From Proteromonas lacertae (Eukaryota): a DNA stretch of 59,175 nt. The translations under genes and the position numbers were made by a program. The notes beneath the pieces were generated by a model. The model did not search any database. It was not told where the DNA came from and saw only the letters and a list, made by a program, of their open reading frames with translations. Below are positions 1 through 14,313 of the stretch, one piece after another. Positions within the stretch are counted from its first letter, which is position 1; each line of letters opens with the position of its first letter. Where the stretch lies: NCBI GenBank assembly GCA_002245135.1, contig NGBS01001173.1, positions 124,001-183,175 on the forward strand, given 5' to 3'.

Positions 1-3000
1 TACAGAATCAACTGCTCAAGGTGATACAACTATCGATAATAATAATATTATGTCAACTAAGTTCATAATGGGTAGAGTAAATGATGATTATGGAATTGAC
101 ATTGTTGCTAAGTCACCATATCCATTACTAGTTAATCCATTCTCTGAATATGTATATTTTTATTTGATTATATATAGCTGACTAATTTTCAAGAGTATAA
201 AACTTGCAAATTTGAGGAGATGGTTGAATCAGATTCTGATGTTTATAATGAAGATGCTTATGTAGTTGATGATGATGTTCTAAGAGTTGAAATTATTATA
301 AACGAAGGACAAGAAGATTTAACACTGTTTCTAGTTTTATCCACAATTTTAATGAAACAGAATAATAATGGAGGATTTTTAGATAGAAAGATAGTTGCAG
401 AAAGATTATATTGTCCTAAAACAAACTCAACAGAAGACATAGAAACATTAGAAATAGAAATAGAGAATAGAACATCATCATTTCTTATTAGTAACTGCAA
501 AGAAGAATTGATACAACCTGTCTTTGAATATTTCGTAGGTAAGAATATCTTGTTCTTTGATATAACTGATAGTGATGCTACAAATTGTGTTAATAATATG
601 TATGTTTATATATATATATTTAATATATAGTCTTGTATTTGGTTCAACACCTCCTCAACGTACAATTCCTAATTTGTTCTATTTAAGAAAGACAAGAGAT
701 GATTTTTACTTCCTCATATTAGCACCTGAATCATATAAAACATCCAATGAAATACAATTAGTTACTTCAATGATAAATGAATTAACTGGAACTTATAGAA
801 CTTTTTATGTTTCAACAACTGATGAGATTATATCAACAATGCAAAATTCAAGAGTGTATTTTTCATCAGGTTTTATTGTATTGAATTATCTTACAGGTGA
901 TTTATTCCGTGATGTTTATCAATGTTTGAATGAAACTTACAGTGATTTAGATAAAGAGTATTTTGAACAGCATTATATAGTTGTTACACCGAATGGTGAT
1001 GAATTTAGAAAATTACCACCAGCATTATCACATCATAATCTTTTAATTACATCTTATTTTGTTGATCATATTGAAGGAAATATTATGTCTTCAGGATTAC
1101 ATAACTTACTTGGAAATGATCATTTTATTACAGAAAATGAATTGAAGGTATATGTTGCTGCAGATTATTTCTTAAATGCTTTACTTTCATGCTTATCTGA
1201 GAATGTGACAATATTAAGAGATAAAATAATAGAAACTCATTATACAACACCAATTGGAGATGTCAATATTCGTGAATCATTATATCCTGATTTACCTGTC
1301 ATTTTATTAACTTCAAATAATGGAAAAGTAGAATTGGAAGCTGTATTGTCTAAACAATGGCATTCTGAATTATTCAGAAGAAATGCATTTAATCCAACAT
1401 CATATTCAACTTGTAGTTATACATCCTCTCATTTTATTGAATATGAATATACAAAGATTATATTAGCTTTACCAATAAGTGGTGAATTGAAAGAATATGG
1501 TGCAGATACAGTAATTGGATTATATGCAGGAGTTGATAAAGTCAATTATGATGCTAGTTATGATGCAAGAACATTATTATCTCATGTTGTTGATATTGGC
1601 TCAGATACAGAAACATTAGTTGAGAAGTTAACAAATGCTACAGAGAAATATAATTCATCTGTTATATTTGGATTATATGGAAGTGATCAAAGAAAAGCAA
1701 TAATGCCATTACTACATGATGAAGATGATGAATTGATGTTATTCTATTTATTTGATAATGAAGGTGAAGAATGTGATTCTAATATAGTTTATATGGGACC
1801 TTCTGTTTATAGTAATACAATATTAATACCATGGATTCAATCCAATCTTGGCAATTCATTAATTATATTGTATCATACAACCACTGAACAACAAGCTATG
1901 TATAGATATTATAAAAGACATTTAGAATTAAGAGGAATGACATTAGTTGATGCTGTTCCAATTAATTTAGGAGTTACTGATATGTCTTATATTGTGAGTA
2001 GAATTGTGAGAAGAATGTCATCTGGTGGTGTTTTATTATCATTATTATTGAAAATAAGCAATGTTGCTTTATTTAAAGAAATGGCAAATCAAAAAGTAGA
2101 TGCTAATGTTTATCCAGTTGTTACATTGTATTTAGATAATTATGAGTTAACTCAGAGTTATTCAGATATATATAATAATCATTATTCCTTCTATTATGTT
2201 GATGTTAATGCAGCATTAAATAGATCAATATCTAGTTATTATATAAATAAGTATTATTTCTCACCATTGACAGTAGAAAATGCTTTAGGATATACAGCTG
2301 TTCATATGTTTAATGAAGCATTGAAAGTAATAGAAAAATCAAAAGGAAATATATCATATACTATACCTGAGTTAAGAAATGCATTGTTCAGTTTAGACTT
2401 TGAATCTCTCACTGGTAGAACTGTATTAGATGAAACAATGTATATTCAACATACTTACACAATATCAAAAATGATATGCAATAATGGATGTAAGTATCAA
2501 GTCTTATATTTAGGTAATGAAACACAGTCATATCCATTTTATGACAGTCCAATCGGTGATAGTGTTAAACAGTGCAATTACAAACCAAATGGAAAATGGT
2601 TTGGTGTTAGAGACTTTAAAGAAGTTTATAAAGTTGGCTTATTGTTTGATTTTAAAACAAACTATCGTTCTCAAGATCTGTATGCTTATGATTCAGTTAT
2701 ATCTGCAGTTAATAATATCAATAATAACAATGACGGAACATTTATTATGAATTATGTATTATATAATTATCAAGGAAATGGAGAGTTATTAAAGAAATAT
2801 GCTAATGAATTGGCAAAGAATAAATTGATATATGCAGTAATAGGTGGAAATACCGAAAATGAAAGAGATATAATAGCTACAATAATGGAACAATATGATA
2901 AATTATATTTCTATCCATCTACTACAGAAGGACAACAGTGTAAAGAAAATACACTTTATACAGGTGTTGTACCAAACCAATACATTGAACCACTAGTTAC

Positions 3001-6000
3001 ATATATCGTAAATGTAATGAATGTTAAAGATATTTACTTAATTGGTAATGATAATGAGTATAGTCATATTATTCATGAAATATTTGTTAATTCAGCATCT
3101 GGTTTATTGAATATAAAAGCTAACATTTTTATACAAGAAGAGATAGGACGATCATTACTTTATCTACAAAATACAACAAACACATTACCATCTGGAGGTG
3201 TAATTATTTGTACTTTGACAAGAGATTTGACATTAGAGTATATAATTGCTTTACAAAGAGGATTGAATGGTGTTATTCCTTATTATTTCTTCCCAATAAC
3301 AATTGGACAATCTGAATTAGAGACAATCAAAGTAAGAGATGCATTACAGATACATTTAGTTGGACATTATTTTGATGTAAGTGTTTCAACTTCTATATTT
3401 GCTGAAAGGATATATAATGATGCAGGAAGAAGACAAAATATTCCATATTCTGAAAGTACTTATGCTGCAATGAATATATTCATTCCATCATTGTATAAAT
3501 CAAATTTTAACAACAGTGCAAAAGTGTTAAAACCATTATTATATAATTTACAGTTTAGAAGTGGTGATGGATCACAAACATTCCAAAGTAATCATCATAG
3601 AACAGCAGCATTTTATATTGTGAAATATAATTCAGATAATATACTTACACCAATATATGCACAAGATGAATCAATTGAGCCAAAAGCATGGAGTTGGAAG
3701 ATTCCAGAAACAAGTGGACAAGTTTGTGACTTTTCAAATCCATCGATTGGTGAAAAAGGTGATTCTAATTTCATTACAATAATGATTTTAGTTTCTTTGA
3801 CTGGTGATAATAAAGATTATGATGATGGTTTGACTGATGCAATATCAATGGCAGTTTCAGAGATTAATTCAAATGGTGGATTACTTGGTGTTACTCTTGT
3901 TACAGAAACTGTTGATATGGCTAGTGATGATTTGAAATGTAGTTCTGCAATAATAAATGCATGTGAAAAAGAAAAGATAAAGATTATTGTTGGAACTCCT
4001 TCATCTGTTTGTATTGATATGATAAATGATGTATTAGAAATGAATGATGTTTTGTTAATACAATCATCCTACTTTGCTGGAGAATTTTGTACTAAAAATA
4101 TCTTCTTTGCTGGTAGAGAAATCAGTTCATTGGATAGAGTGTTGGATTTATTATTAGATCCAAATCAAGAAGATCATTTTAATTATGTATTATTTGGTAC
4201 AACTGATGAGTTTAGTTCAGAATATATTAAATATGCAGAAAAATATATTGAGTTTAAAGGTGCAAACATGTTGGTAAAGACTTTAGTAAGACCAGAAATT
4301 ACTGATATTGATGATATTGTAACTAATATAATAACAAAGGCTAAAGATGGATGTATTATTCTATTCTTTGGATCAGCGACAATTCATCAATTGTTAGATT
4401 CAACTTTACAGAAATTAACTAATAACAATGAAGATAATAAATTTACTATTGTTTCTTTGACAACAGCAGCAAATGCAGCAATGAAAGGAGTTTCAAGTTT
4501 TTCATCTGTTCAAAGTTATTTTGCTGATTTAGATACTGAAGAGAGTAAAACATTTATAGCTGGTATTGGTAAAAGAACAACTGCTGCTATATCAGAGAAT
4601 ATGGAATCTGTTTATTCAGCATTACACTTATGGGCTATGGCTGTAAAAGAAGCTGATTCTTTAGATGCAAGTTTAGTAAGAATGAAGTTATATGGTAAAA
4701 CATTTGATGCTCCAGAAGGTACAATTGGATTTTTAACTAATCATTTAATGACTCATAGATTATACTTGGCAACAATGGTTGATAATAAGGGTAAATTTGA
4801 AATACAGTATAGATCTAAAACTGCTTTAACTCCTCGTGTTTGGAAGAGATACATCAACGATGGTATTTATGTATGTAATTTGCAAAGTGGTACTGATCAT
4901 ATGAAACAAACTGTGAAATATATAGGTGTTTTAACTTCATTCAGTGGAGAGTATTCAACCAATGAAAGAATGGCATTTAATGCAATTTTGGTTGAAGTTA
5001 ATGAAATAAATGCTGCTGGTGGTATTTTAGGAAAACAAATTGCTTTTGAAGTTAGAGATTGCAAATCAGAAATTCCATTATATGAAAAATATGCTCAAGA
5101 GTTAGCTGCTATGGAAGAAATAACAGTTGTGTTTGGTGGAACTCATAACACAATATCTGTTGCATTATCTCCAATCTTCTCAAGATATAAAATACTATAT
5201 TTCTATTTAGGTCATGCAGCTGGTGAAACATGTAATGATTATACTTATTCAATTCATGTTATTATATCACAGTATGTAGAAGTAACTGCTAGATATGTAT
5301 TCCCTAAAGCTGAAAGTATTGTTTTGATTAAAGATGATTCTGTGGATAGTGTATTTTTGACTGAAGCTATTGGAGAAGCAGCTAAATCTTATGCTATACC
5401 AGTGCATGGTCCATATACTACACATGAAGTTACAGGGTTAGATCAGAATGTATTAAAATCTGCTTCAATTATCAATACAGGTAGTTCAGATTCTAGTTAT
5501 AAAGTATTAGATGAATTGTGTAAAAATGGAATTTCTGGTAATACAAATACAATATATTCTTATTCATTTTCAAAATTCCATACTGTTGAAGCTAGACAAG
5601 AATGTATAGATAATACTCATTATCTAACAACATTTATACAAGAATTAGGAGATCCAGATTCTGATTCATTAACATATCAACCAAATGCTGAAAAATTTGT
5701 TAGTTCATTATATGATAATTATGGAAAACAGACCAGTTTTGGTTGTTATCATGAAGCTGCTTATACAAGTGTTATGTTATGGTCAGAAACAGTGAAACAT
5801 GTAAATTCATTTGCTGTAGAAGATGTAAGAAAGATTATTTATGGATTTAAAATAGCTGGTCCAACAGGAACAACAGAAATGTCAGTTAATGGTTATGCTA
5901 ATCGTGTTATATATGAAATAACAGTCAGTGCTGGTCCAACAGTAAGAGTAACTCAATTTTCAGAAACTCCAATAGAAGCTGAAGCTTATAGTCAGTGGTT

Positions 6001-8371
6001 TACTTATAATAAAGGTTATAGATGTGATTGGAGTAGCACAGGTTTAGGTAAAAAGTATATTCCAGATAATATAAAGGTGTTTTTAATTCATGATTATAGT
6101 AGTGGTGCAAATAAGTTTGAGGAAAGAGAAGCTGCAATTCTGGAAAGTTATTTGATTAATAATATCAATAGAAATTTGATAAATGAAAAGTACATTATTT
6201 CTTATACTCAATTCTTTGATAATTTAGAGGAATTGGGAAATATTACTGCAAATATATCAAGTAACGAAGACATGCAACTATTATTTGGATGTAGAACAAC
6301 TGAATGCAAGAATGTGGTAGCAAAGTATGCTGAACAGAATCAGAAATTATATATTTATCCAGGTATAAGTGAAGGTAATACCTGTTCAAAGTATGTATTG
6401 AATGTAGGAAGTACATCTAGTCAGACATTGAGAAATACATTAGAATATTATTACACAACAGAAGGAATAACAGATTACATATATGTAGGAAGTAATTCAG
6501 AAGAATATCCTTTTTTATATATTATTATTATTAATTTATATTTTCTTTAATTCTAGTTTCTTACTGATGTAAATGAGTTAAGTAATGTAGAGAAATTCAT
6601 GAAGGTGTATTATGATATAAAATTGAAGGAAATATTTGTTATTACAAACGAAACAGATGATGATACATTGAGATCAGTCATAGGATCTATCAAGAATGAG
6701 AAAGGAGAAGGGAAATTAGTTAGTATTTATTCATTATTTTATTATTTTTTAGTTTTATTTTACTTAACTGGTGATCTTAGTAAGAGATTTTTAGATGCTT
6801 ATATAAATATAGGATTAAAGAGTAGAGAATATCCAGTAATATTCTTCAGATACTTCACATCTGATTATACAACAGAGTATTTGAAACAATTTGAAGGTGG
6901 AAGTATCATAACTGCATTTTCTGAAGAATTGAAATATTCTCAAGCTCAATCATATGTTAAAAACATCAAACTATCAATGCATTCAGGTTTTTCAGTAACT
7001 CAATATATGGACTTCATATCAACAGGATTTGAGTTATGGCAAAATGCAATGATTCAAGGTTATAGTGATAGTGGTGAACAATCTCCTCCATTTGATTATT
7101 TGAGATTGAATTTAGTTGGTTCAGAAGTGTCAGTTACGGCAGGTAGAGTGTCAGTTGAAAAATCAAATTATATTTCCAGAGGAATGTATTTAATGGAGAT
7201 TAGTAACACAGGTGAATTATTCCAAGTATATCCAACCAAAGGAACAATTAAGACATATGAAGCTGAACCATATATTGGATCATCATTACCATCTGAATGT
7301 AATTTTGGTAAAGCAACTGCACATTATGAGTTTTCTGTATCGATGTTGGCTGTATTTTATTGTTTATTTGGTGTTGGTTTATTGTGTGGTATATTATCAG
7401 TTGTATTTGTTGCTTTTCATTATAATCAACGTGTTATTACATCATTTGGAAAGATTCATAATTTCTTATATTCATTCTATTTGGTGTTATTATCTTTATC
7501 AAGTTTGCCATTAGCTGCTTATCCAAATGATGACTCTGTTTGTTGGAATAGAATATGGATGTTAGCATTTGCTGTGAAAGGAATTTTAGCGTTGTTATTA
7601 GCCAAAGGTACAAATCTGTGGAAACATTATAGAAACAAGCAATCTGTAAAAGTGTTGAAATCTAAAATTACAATTGTAAGAATAGTGTCATATTGGTTGC
7701 CTTTGAATATAATTGAAGCTGTGTTGATTATTATATTTGCAATTATTAATGATATGCAGTATATATTAATATATATATTATTCTATTTTATAGTAAAGAA
7801 GAAGTGTATAGTTTGAAAGTTTAGTGATTATTTCACAGATGTTTATATTCGACAATGTACAATGAATACTGTGTTTATGTATTTATATATATTTATTTAG
7901 TTTATTATTATTATTATTTGTATAGAGTGATTGAATTAGTTATTGATGGATTAATAGTATTATATTTAATAGTAATTACATGGCAATCTAGAGATACAGC
8001 CAATGAGTATCAAGATTCTCTACCAATGTGTGCTTCATCTATTGTAGTTGGTTTATTTGGTACAATTATGGTGGCTTTAGATTTCAGTGTTAATTCTGAT
8101 CCAGATTCTGCTTTGTTGATAAGAGGAATGGGAGTTCAACTTATTACTATATTATTAGCTGTTTTACATTATGGTTTGAAATTCGTTAAATACATATTTG
8201 AATGAAAATGCAGTTGGAATATCTGAATCAGGAAGTGCAGTTATTCATTCTGCTGTTGGAACAACCAGTTCAATGTCAACATCTACACCTTAAATATTCA
8301 ACATTGAGAGGAATTAATCAAAAGAAATGCATTAACTACTACATTTAAGGATCATAACACAAAATTAAAAT
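1..8371 (+). CDS. Giant class C GPCR-like receptor: tandem AmiC/UrtA-type periplasmic-binding (Venus flytrap) domains plus C-terminal 7TM_3. Spliced; 5' end lies outside the window
   Basis: ORFs 220-630, 572-6550, 6599-7816 and 7855-8205 are joined by short GT-AG introns. ~380-aa modules recur with UrtA-like motifs (LPISGE, EINSNGGLLG, FYPSTTEGQQCKENTLYTGVVPNQ, FDAPEG). Hydrophobic helices follow with the class C pattern C-W-x-R-x-W...LLAK. The 3' end near 8190-8371 needs small indel corrections. Confidence 0.8.
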
Positions 8372-8581
8372 AAAAACAACTAGTATTCTTATTATTATTC
8401 TCTTTATTTTATATTATTTTTGTTGTGTTCATTTAATTGACAGATTTAATGTATATAGTAAGGCAATCAGTATTTAACCACAATTCATATTAACTATTAT
8501 AAAGAATGCATTGTAGATATGATATACTAATCAATACAAGTGTATTTTATTGTATTGTATTATTTATTAAACTTGATAAAA

Positions 8582-9588
8582 ATGAGTGATGAAGAGATTT
8601 ATTATTGTTATCATTGTCAGTATAATTTTATTTTGTTATTTTCTAATATAGGCAACCAGTTTCAATTCATTATAGCGAATCAGGCGAATTAATCTGTGAC
8701 AATGTATTTTTGATTGTATATTCTTAATATTAGTGTAATGATTCATTTATTGAAATACAACGCCGAGTATTTTATTGTTAATTAATCGTAGCCACCCCCG
8801 CAAAGAGGTCCAATAATCATATCCGGTAGTGAATCTATTCCAGTATAGCTCAAACATGTTATTTATCCAATTAGCTAGCTTCACTATTTTCTGGTCATAG
8901 AAGGGAAAGAAATCCCATAATAATAAATAGTAGAAGTGGTGGTGATGATGGAGATGGATTAGGAGTATTAAAATATATTATTTTTATGGTTTAAATAGAG
9001 TTTATTAGCCTTTTTCAGTGGAGGAATGAGACCATCAAGAACAAGAACTCCATTTGCAGAGTATATACATAGTTTTCTAACTATTTATAGTATAATGCAA
9101 TTATTAATGGCTCACGATGAAGAAACTGAAAGTCCAGGTATATATTTATACAAATTTTAATATTTTTTTAAATAGTTGTTGTAAATGGACAAACTTTAAA
9201 TACATTTGAAGAAATAGTTAATTATTTAATGTCAATAGATCAAAATAATGTACATATTATACACTAGAAAATTCATTTTCTAATTAATTAGCATGGAACA
9301 CCTCCAGCATCTAAAGAAGTAGTAAAATCACTTCCTGTAATAAAATTAACAGCAAGTGATTTATCTGAAGAGCAGGATTGTGCTGTATGCAAAGATCCGT
9401 TTAAAGAAGGCGATGAAGCAATGAAAATACCTTGTAATCATATGTTCCACCCTGATTGTATTAAACCATGGTTAGATTTACATAACAGTTGTCCTGTGTG
9501 TAGATATGAATTAAAGACAGATGATGCTGATTATGAAAGGCAGAAACAGCAAGAACATCATGAACAGCCGTATGATCCTCCACAATAA
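8582..9588 (+). CDS. RING-H2 E3 ubiquitin ligase (RNF126/RNF115-like), multi-exon
   Basis: N-terminal Zn ribbon (YYCYHC...CDNCNDSFIE across introns). Last exon reads TPPASKEVVKSLP...CAVCKDPFKEGDEAMKIPCNHMFHPDCIKPWLDLHNSCPVCRYEL. Stop TAA at 9586-9588. Confidence 0.9.
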
Positions 9589-9696
9589 AGATGTTAAATG
9601 TTAATGATGTGATTTTTCCCTTTTTTTAATCAATTTTCATATCTTTGAATATTTTACTCATTTAAAAAGTAAAAACACATAAATATTAACTTAATT

Positions 9697-10209
9697 CTAC
9701 TGAGGAGGTCTTTGTTTCAATCCTTCTTGAATCTTTGCAAATATCGCTGCTCCTTTCTCTTTAACCATCTCAGAAGCAGTTGAATCATCATCATTGTGTT
9801 TTGAAGAGTCTTTTTCCATTTGTGTACGTAAATTTGAAGCATCTACCTTCATTTGAGCAACCTACTGTTGTTAATTGACTTATCACAGCTTTTATTTTCT
9901 TTATTTTCATCTGCAAGAATGTAGTATAGAAAATATACTTCATATATAGGTACTTTAGCCATAACCTCTACTATTTTGTCCATATCTTTTATTTCTAATA
10001 ATTTGACTTTTTCATTATGTAGTTTCTGTAGTAGTGACTAGATTTATTAAAATATAAGGAAATACAATTTGTTGGAAATGAAGCACTTTTAACGATTTTT
10101 CGAGTTGAGATATAGGATCACAAATGTGTGGTAAAAACTGCTCTGTAAACTGTGTATCAATGGCATTAGGTGACATTGGTGGTGGTGTTGATACTATATT
10201 TGAACTCAT
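9697..10209 (-). CDS. Small coiled-coil protein, possibly a BLOC-1 subunit (pallidin/snapin-like), spliced
   Basis: ORF 10015-10209 plus downstream exons (KDMDKIVEVMAKVPIY...KVDASNLRTQMEK...QRPPQ*). The heptad pattern resembles pallidin. Confidence 0.45.
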
Positions 10210-10362
10210 TTAGTAGAAAACACAAGATTTAAATTTGCTCAAGCCTAATGTTTGATTTACTTAACTCACTATATTTTTATTAATGTGAAAATCTCAACAA
10301 CAAACAAAAATTAAACTTAGAATATATTTTATTAAGGATAGAATGGTTTAAAGAGACTTAAT

Positions 10363-10973
10363 TTATAAATTATGCTCTGAGTAGAGCAAACTAAATTCCA
10401 GTTGAGTATTATTAAATCTGTGAATACGTGCTTCATGTGAAAAATCTGATCTATTAATGTACTTCTTGGCAAATTTGATATTGTTCAAAGATTTTTCATA
10501 TCCCCAATCCAAACTTTCATCATCAGTTTCATATTCCTCTTCATATTGATCTTCTTCATTTTCATCTTTGAGGAATATATTCCAATCAATCCTAAAATTA
10601 ATTGATTTAAAAGAAAATTATAGTACATTTTTGAATCAGCTGTAAGTATTGTGGATGATAATCTGATCTCCTTCCTAATAACACCAGGTCTATGGCTTAT
10701 TCTAGTTTGTTGAGGAGGTTCGATTCTTTTGTGACTGTAAGGGAGTATTTTCTGAAAATATAACATAAAAAGCCTACCTCTTTAGAACTACTCTTCTCAA
10801 TAGGTAGTACCGTCTTTTTTCTTCTACTTACAACTTTTTGGTGGTATTTTGTAAGGTAATCTAGACATTATGCTAATCTAAGGCGAAGTACGAGTTGTAT
10901 ATCTGTTTTTCTGTTTTTTGAGTATTTTATTTGCAGTTTCTTGTGAAAGTTGGCCACTTAGTGTTGAACCCAT
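10363..10973 (-). CDS. Hypothetical protein, multi-exon
   Basis: ATG at 10973 (MGSTLSGQLSQ...), ~30-nt introns, last exon ...EARIHRFNNTQLEFSLLYSEHNL*. TGTTTGTT on the minus strand at 10299-10306. Confidence 0.55.
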
Positions 10974-11109
10974 CGAGAAAAGCGCAATTAAATAGAAAAG
11001 TCGTGTTTGCAAAATAGATTTGCAATTTTAAATCTTCGTTTGAAAATAAAGGATCTACTTTTCACAACAAACAAAAAATAATTACATTTATTCATAATAT
11101 CATAATATT

Positions 11110-14100
11110 CTAAGGTTTAGACTTTTCTTGTTGAAGAGGAAATCTATTCTCAATTAATTCTCTCACATTATTAATATCTAAATTAGGCAATGATAAAGTA
11201 ACTGTATTTGATAGTGTTAAACCATTCAACTCCATCATTACCATTTCATCTTTTTCAGTCAGAATTATTGATCCTAATTGATGAGACACTCCAGTTATAT
11301 CTTCATAAAATGTATATCCATTAACAATAGGACATCTATATGAATTAAAAGACTTCCATAAAGTTTCAATGTACTGATACGCTGACTTATTCGTATTGAA
11401 AGGTAATTTCTTCTTCCAATCAGGAATAGGTTTAACATTTGGATGTGTAACAGGAGGCAAAACATAAGGAACAGTACCAATCATCACCATCTCATCTTTA
11501 AACGATTTTCTAGCAAAAATTGTTGATATTTTATTCTTATCTATAAAATTTCTTTTTATTAGACTTGAAAGAGTTTCATTGAATCTATTGATTGCTATAC
11601 TGCAAGTACCAAAGGGTGTATCTGGAGTGATTAGCATTGTCATATGAATCATCTGTGAGCAGTGTAACCATCGAATATCGTTGATCCAAAATAAATTGTC
11701 ATTTGGTTGGAGTAATAGTAAATCATATGAATTCTATTTTTAAAAATAATAATATATATAGAATAAATATATATAATTTTATACATTTGCAATTCTTGTC
11801 AGTTCATTTATCCATTGCATACTATAAGACATTCTCTATTAATTAAATTATATATATATATACTTTTCTATTCTCTAATAATGTAGATTGTCTTAAAATA
11901 CTACTAAATTTCTTCCATTTTGGTAAATCCTTTTCCATTTCAAAGAAATCTTTAATGTATACCAATTCACTCACATATTGTTTTAGTGAGATATATAATT
12001 CATCAGATGGAATTTTAGTTCTGGCTCTTAATATATCAATTATTGGATTATCTGCTTTTTCTACTTCTTTTTTTTCTCCTTGATCAGCTTCTGGTGTTGG
12101 TGAAACTTCAGTATTCTTTGATTTTAAATCTAATGGAGGTGGTGGTGTAATAGTTCTACCTTTTCTTTTACTATTTTCTTTATTATTGTTACTATTATGT
12201 AATAACATATTATCATCCAAAGAATTATTTTTCTTATGATGAATCACTGGTGGAGGTGTAACAGGAACAGTATTTTCTTCTATACTATTCTCATTCATAT
12301 TTCCTTCATTCTTTTCTTTTTCTTTTTCTTTATCTTTTTCTTCTTCTTCTTTTTCTGCAGCTGCTCTCATGGCTCTGGCTTTAGCTATTAAATCTTTTGG
12401 TAATTTGATTGGCATTGTGTTAAAATGGACTGGTTCACTTTCTTCATCATCATCATCTGCTATATAAATAGAAATATCATGTGGTTCAACTACAACTCCT
12501 TGATTCGAATAGGCAGGAAAGTTCTTATTATGAAGTGGTTGTAGTTTTGCTTTGATTGGTGATGTTTTTACTGATTTTGATTCATTCACTGTATTTCCAT
12601 CTGGAATGGAGAATGAATTATCATTTGAATCACTTTCTATTGGATTAAATATCTTTTGATCTGGTGTAGAATATTCACTTTCTGATACTACAACTGATTT
12701 TTCTTTATTTGTTGGTGATATGAATGTATCACTACCATTATGTTGATGATGATTGATTGCTCTTGCTGAATCTAATAATGCTACTGTTGAACTACTTTCT
12801 ACAGATTGTAATGGTGGTTGTATTGGAAGTGGTGTAGTTGAAAATGATTGGGATGAAAAAGATTCAGGAGTTTCTAATAATGAAACATTGGATAATTGTT
12901 GTTCTTGTTGTTGAGGATTATTTTCTATTTTTTCTTCTTTCTCAACTTGTTGTTGTGCAGAGTGAAGATATTTTGAATGTAATAAATCTGTTTCAGCTTC
13001 GATAGGTAAACTGTGTTTCTTTGATAAATACATTGAAGGTGTATTTGGTTCAGATTGAACATCATCATTATCATCTTCATTATTATTGTTTAATATTATC
13101 TGATGATCGATCATTTGTAATTGATAATCTTTCTTCGCCTGTAAGTTCTCCTTCTTTTTCTCCTTCTTCTTTTTCTTCTTCTTCTTCTTCCTCTTCTTCT
13201 TCTTCGCTCAATGGTTCTTCATGTGATTCTAAAGTATGTAAAGACAAGAAACTATTTGCAAATCCTTTAAACAATCTATTCAAATAATATAATAACTATA
13301 TAAAAAATACTTTAAATGCTCTTCAAAATCAAATATCACTTTATAAGGCAAATCATTCAATGGTCGATAAAATATCCTTTGTATTAACTCTTTAATAAAA
13401 TTCAAAGTCAATTGTTTATATAATTCATTAAATTCTTTTACAGATGTTTTTGGAAACATACATAATCTAAATAAATTCTTAAAATTCTTTAAAATCACCT
13501 TATTGTTTTTATTACTCATATATCTTGTAACTCTATTTGCATAGGTTTTTAAATTGTCTATTACAGTATAATCTATATTGTATGAGATTATATCTAATAA
13601 TGGCATTTTCTCTAAGATATGAGTAGACTCGTGGTAATATCTTAATTTGCTTAAATCTGGATTATTGCCTACTACACTATATATAACATGAGATGATAAT
13701 GCTGAAGTGAAAAGATATAATAAACGATTGAGTGATTGAGAATCTGACTCATCTCTTGATCTCTATTTAATAATACATAATATATATATATATATATATA
13801 TGGATAAATACTGCTGTAAATGTGGTATAAATTGCTACTTTGGAGTATTTATTTGATGCATCTCTTTCACATGGATTATCAAGTAATATATAATCAGATA
13901 TCCATATTCCTGGTAATACAAATTGCTTAGATGCATTATTCTTTATTGTTTTTGAAAATTTTAAGTCAGTCACAGCTAGACTGTATTGTACTGCAATATA
14001 TTAATCATCATAATACATTTTAATGATTTAGCATATAAAGAACTGATGATTGCGTTCCACAAAGGAAATTGATCTGTTTCACCACATAATGAGATAATGT

Positions 14101-14226
14101 ATGTTGGGTGATCACATTTATGTTGAACAATATAGTCACACACAGCATTATCAAACACAAAACTATTATCAGCATATTTTACCAACTAAAATTACACACA
14201 AATAAATATACCTGATGTATTTCCAT
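11110..14226 (-). CDS. Large spliced protein: degenerate guanylate-binding-protein (GBP/atlastin)-like N-terminus, acidic/Pro-rich middle, globular C-terminus
   Basis: MEIHQ|intron|LVKYADNSFVFD...IISLCG...PGIWI...LFTSALSSHVIY follows the GBP layout but lacks an intact P-loop. Combines ORFs 13976-14185, 13767-13973, 13280-13606, 11843-13283 and 11110-11652. TGTTTGTT (minus) at 11066-11073. Confidence 0.55.
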
Positions 14227-14313
14227 AAAAAACCTGTTGTTAGTCTAAAAAAATCGAAAAATAAAAACAAAGATAACAAGCTTTTTATCAAACCATTTTT
14301 TTTATTCAACATT

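Noticed and set aside
8190..8371. Programmed frameshift at the GPCR C-terminus
   Set aside because: Indels at short homopolymers are better explained as sequencing error; the paralog reads through cleanly.
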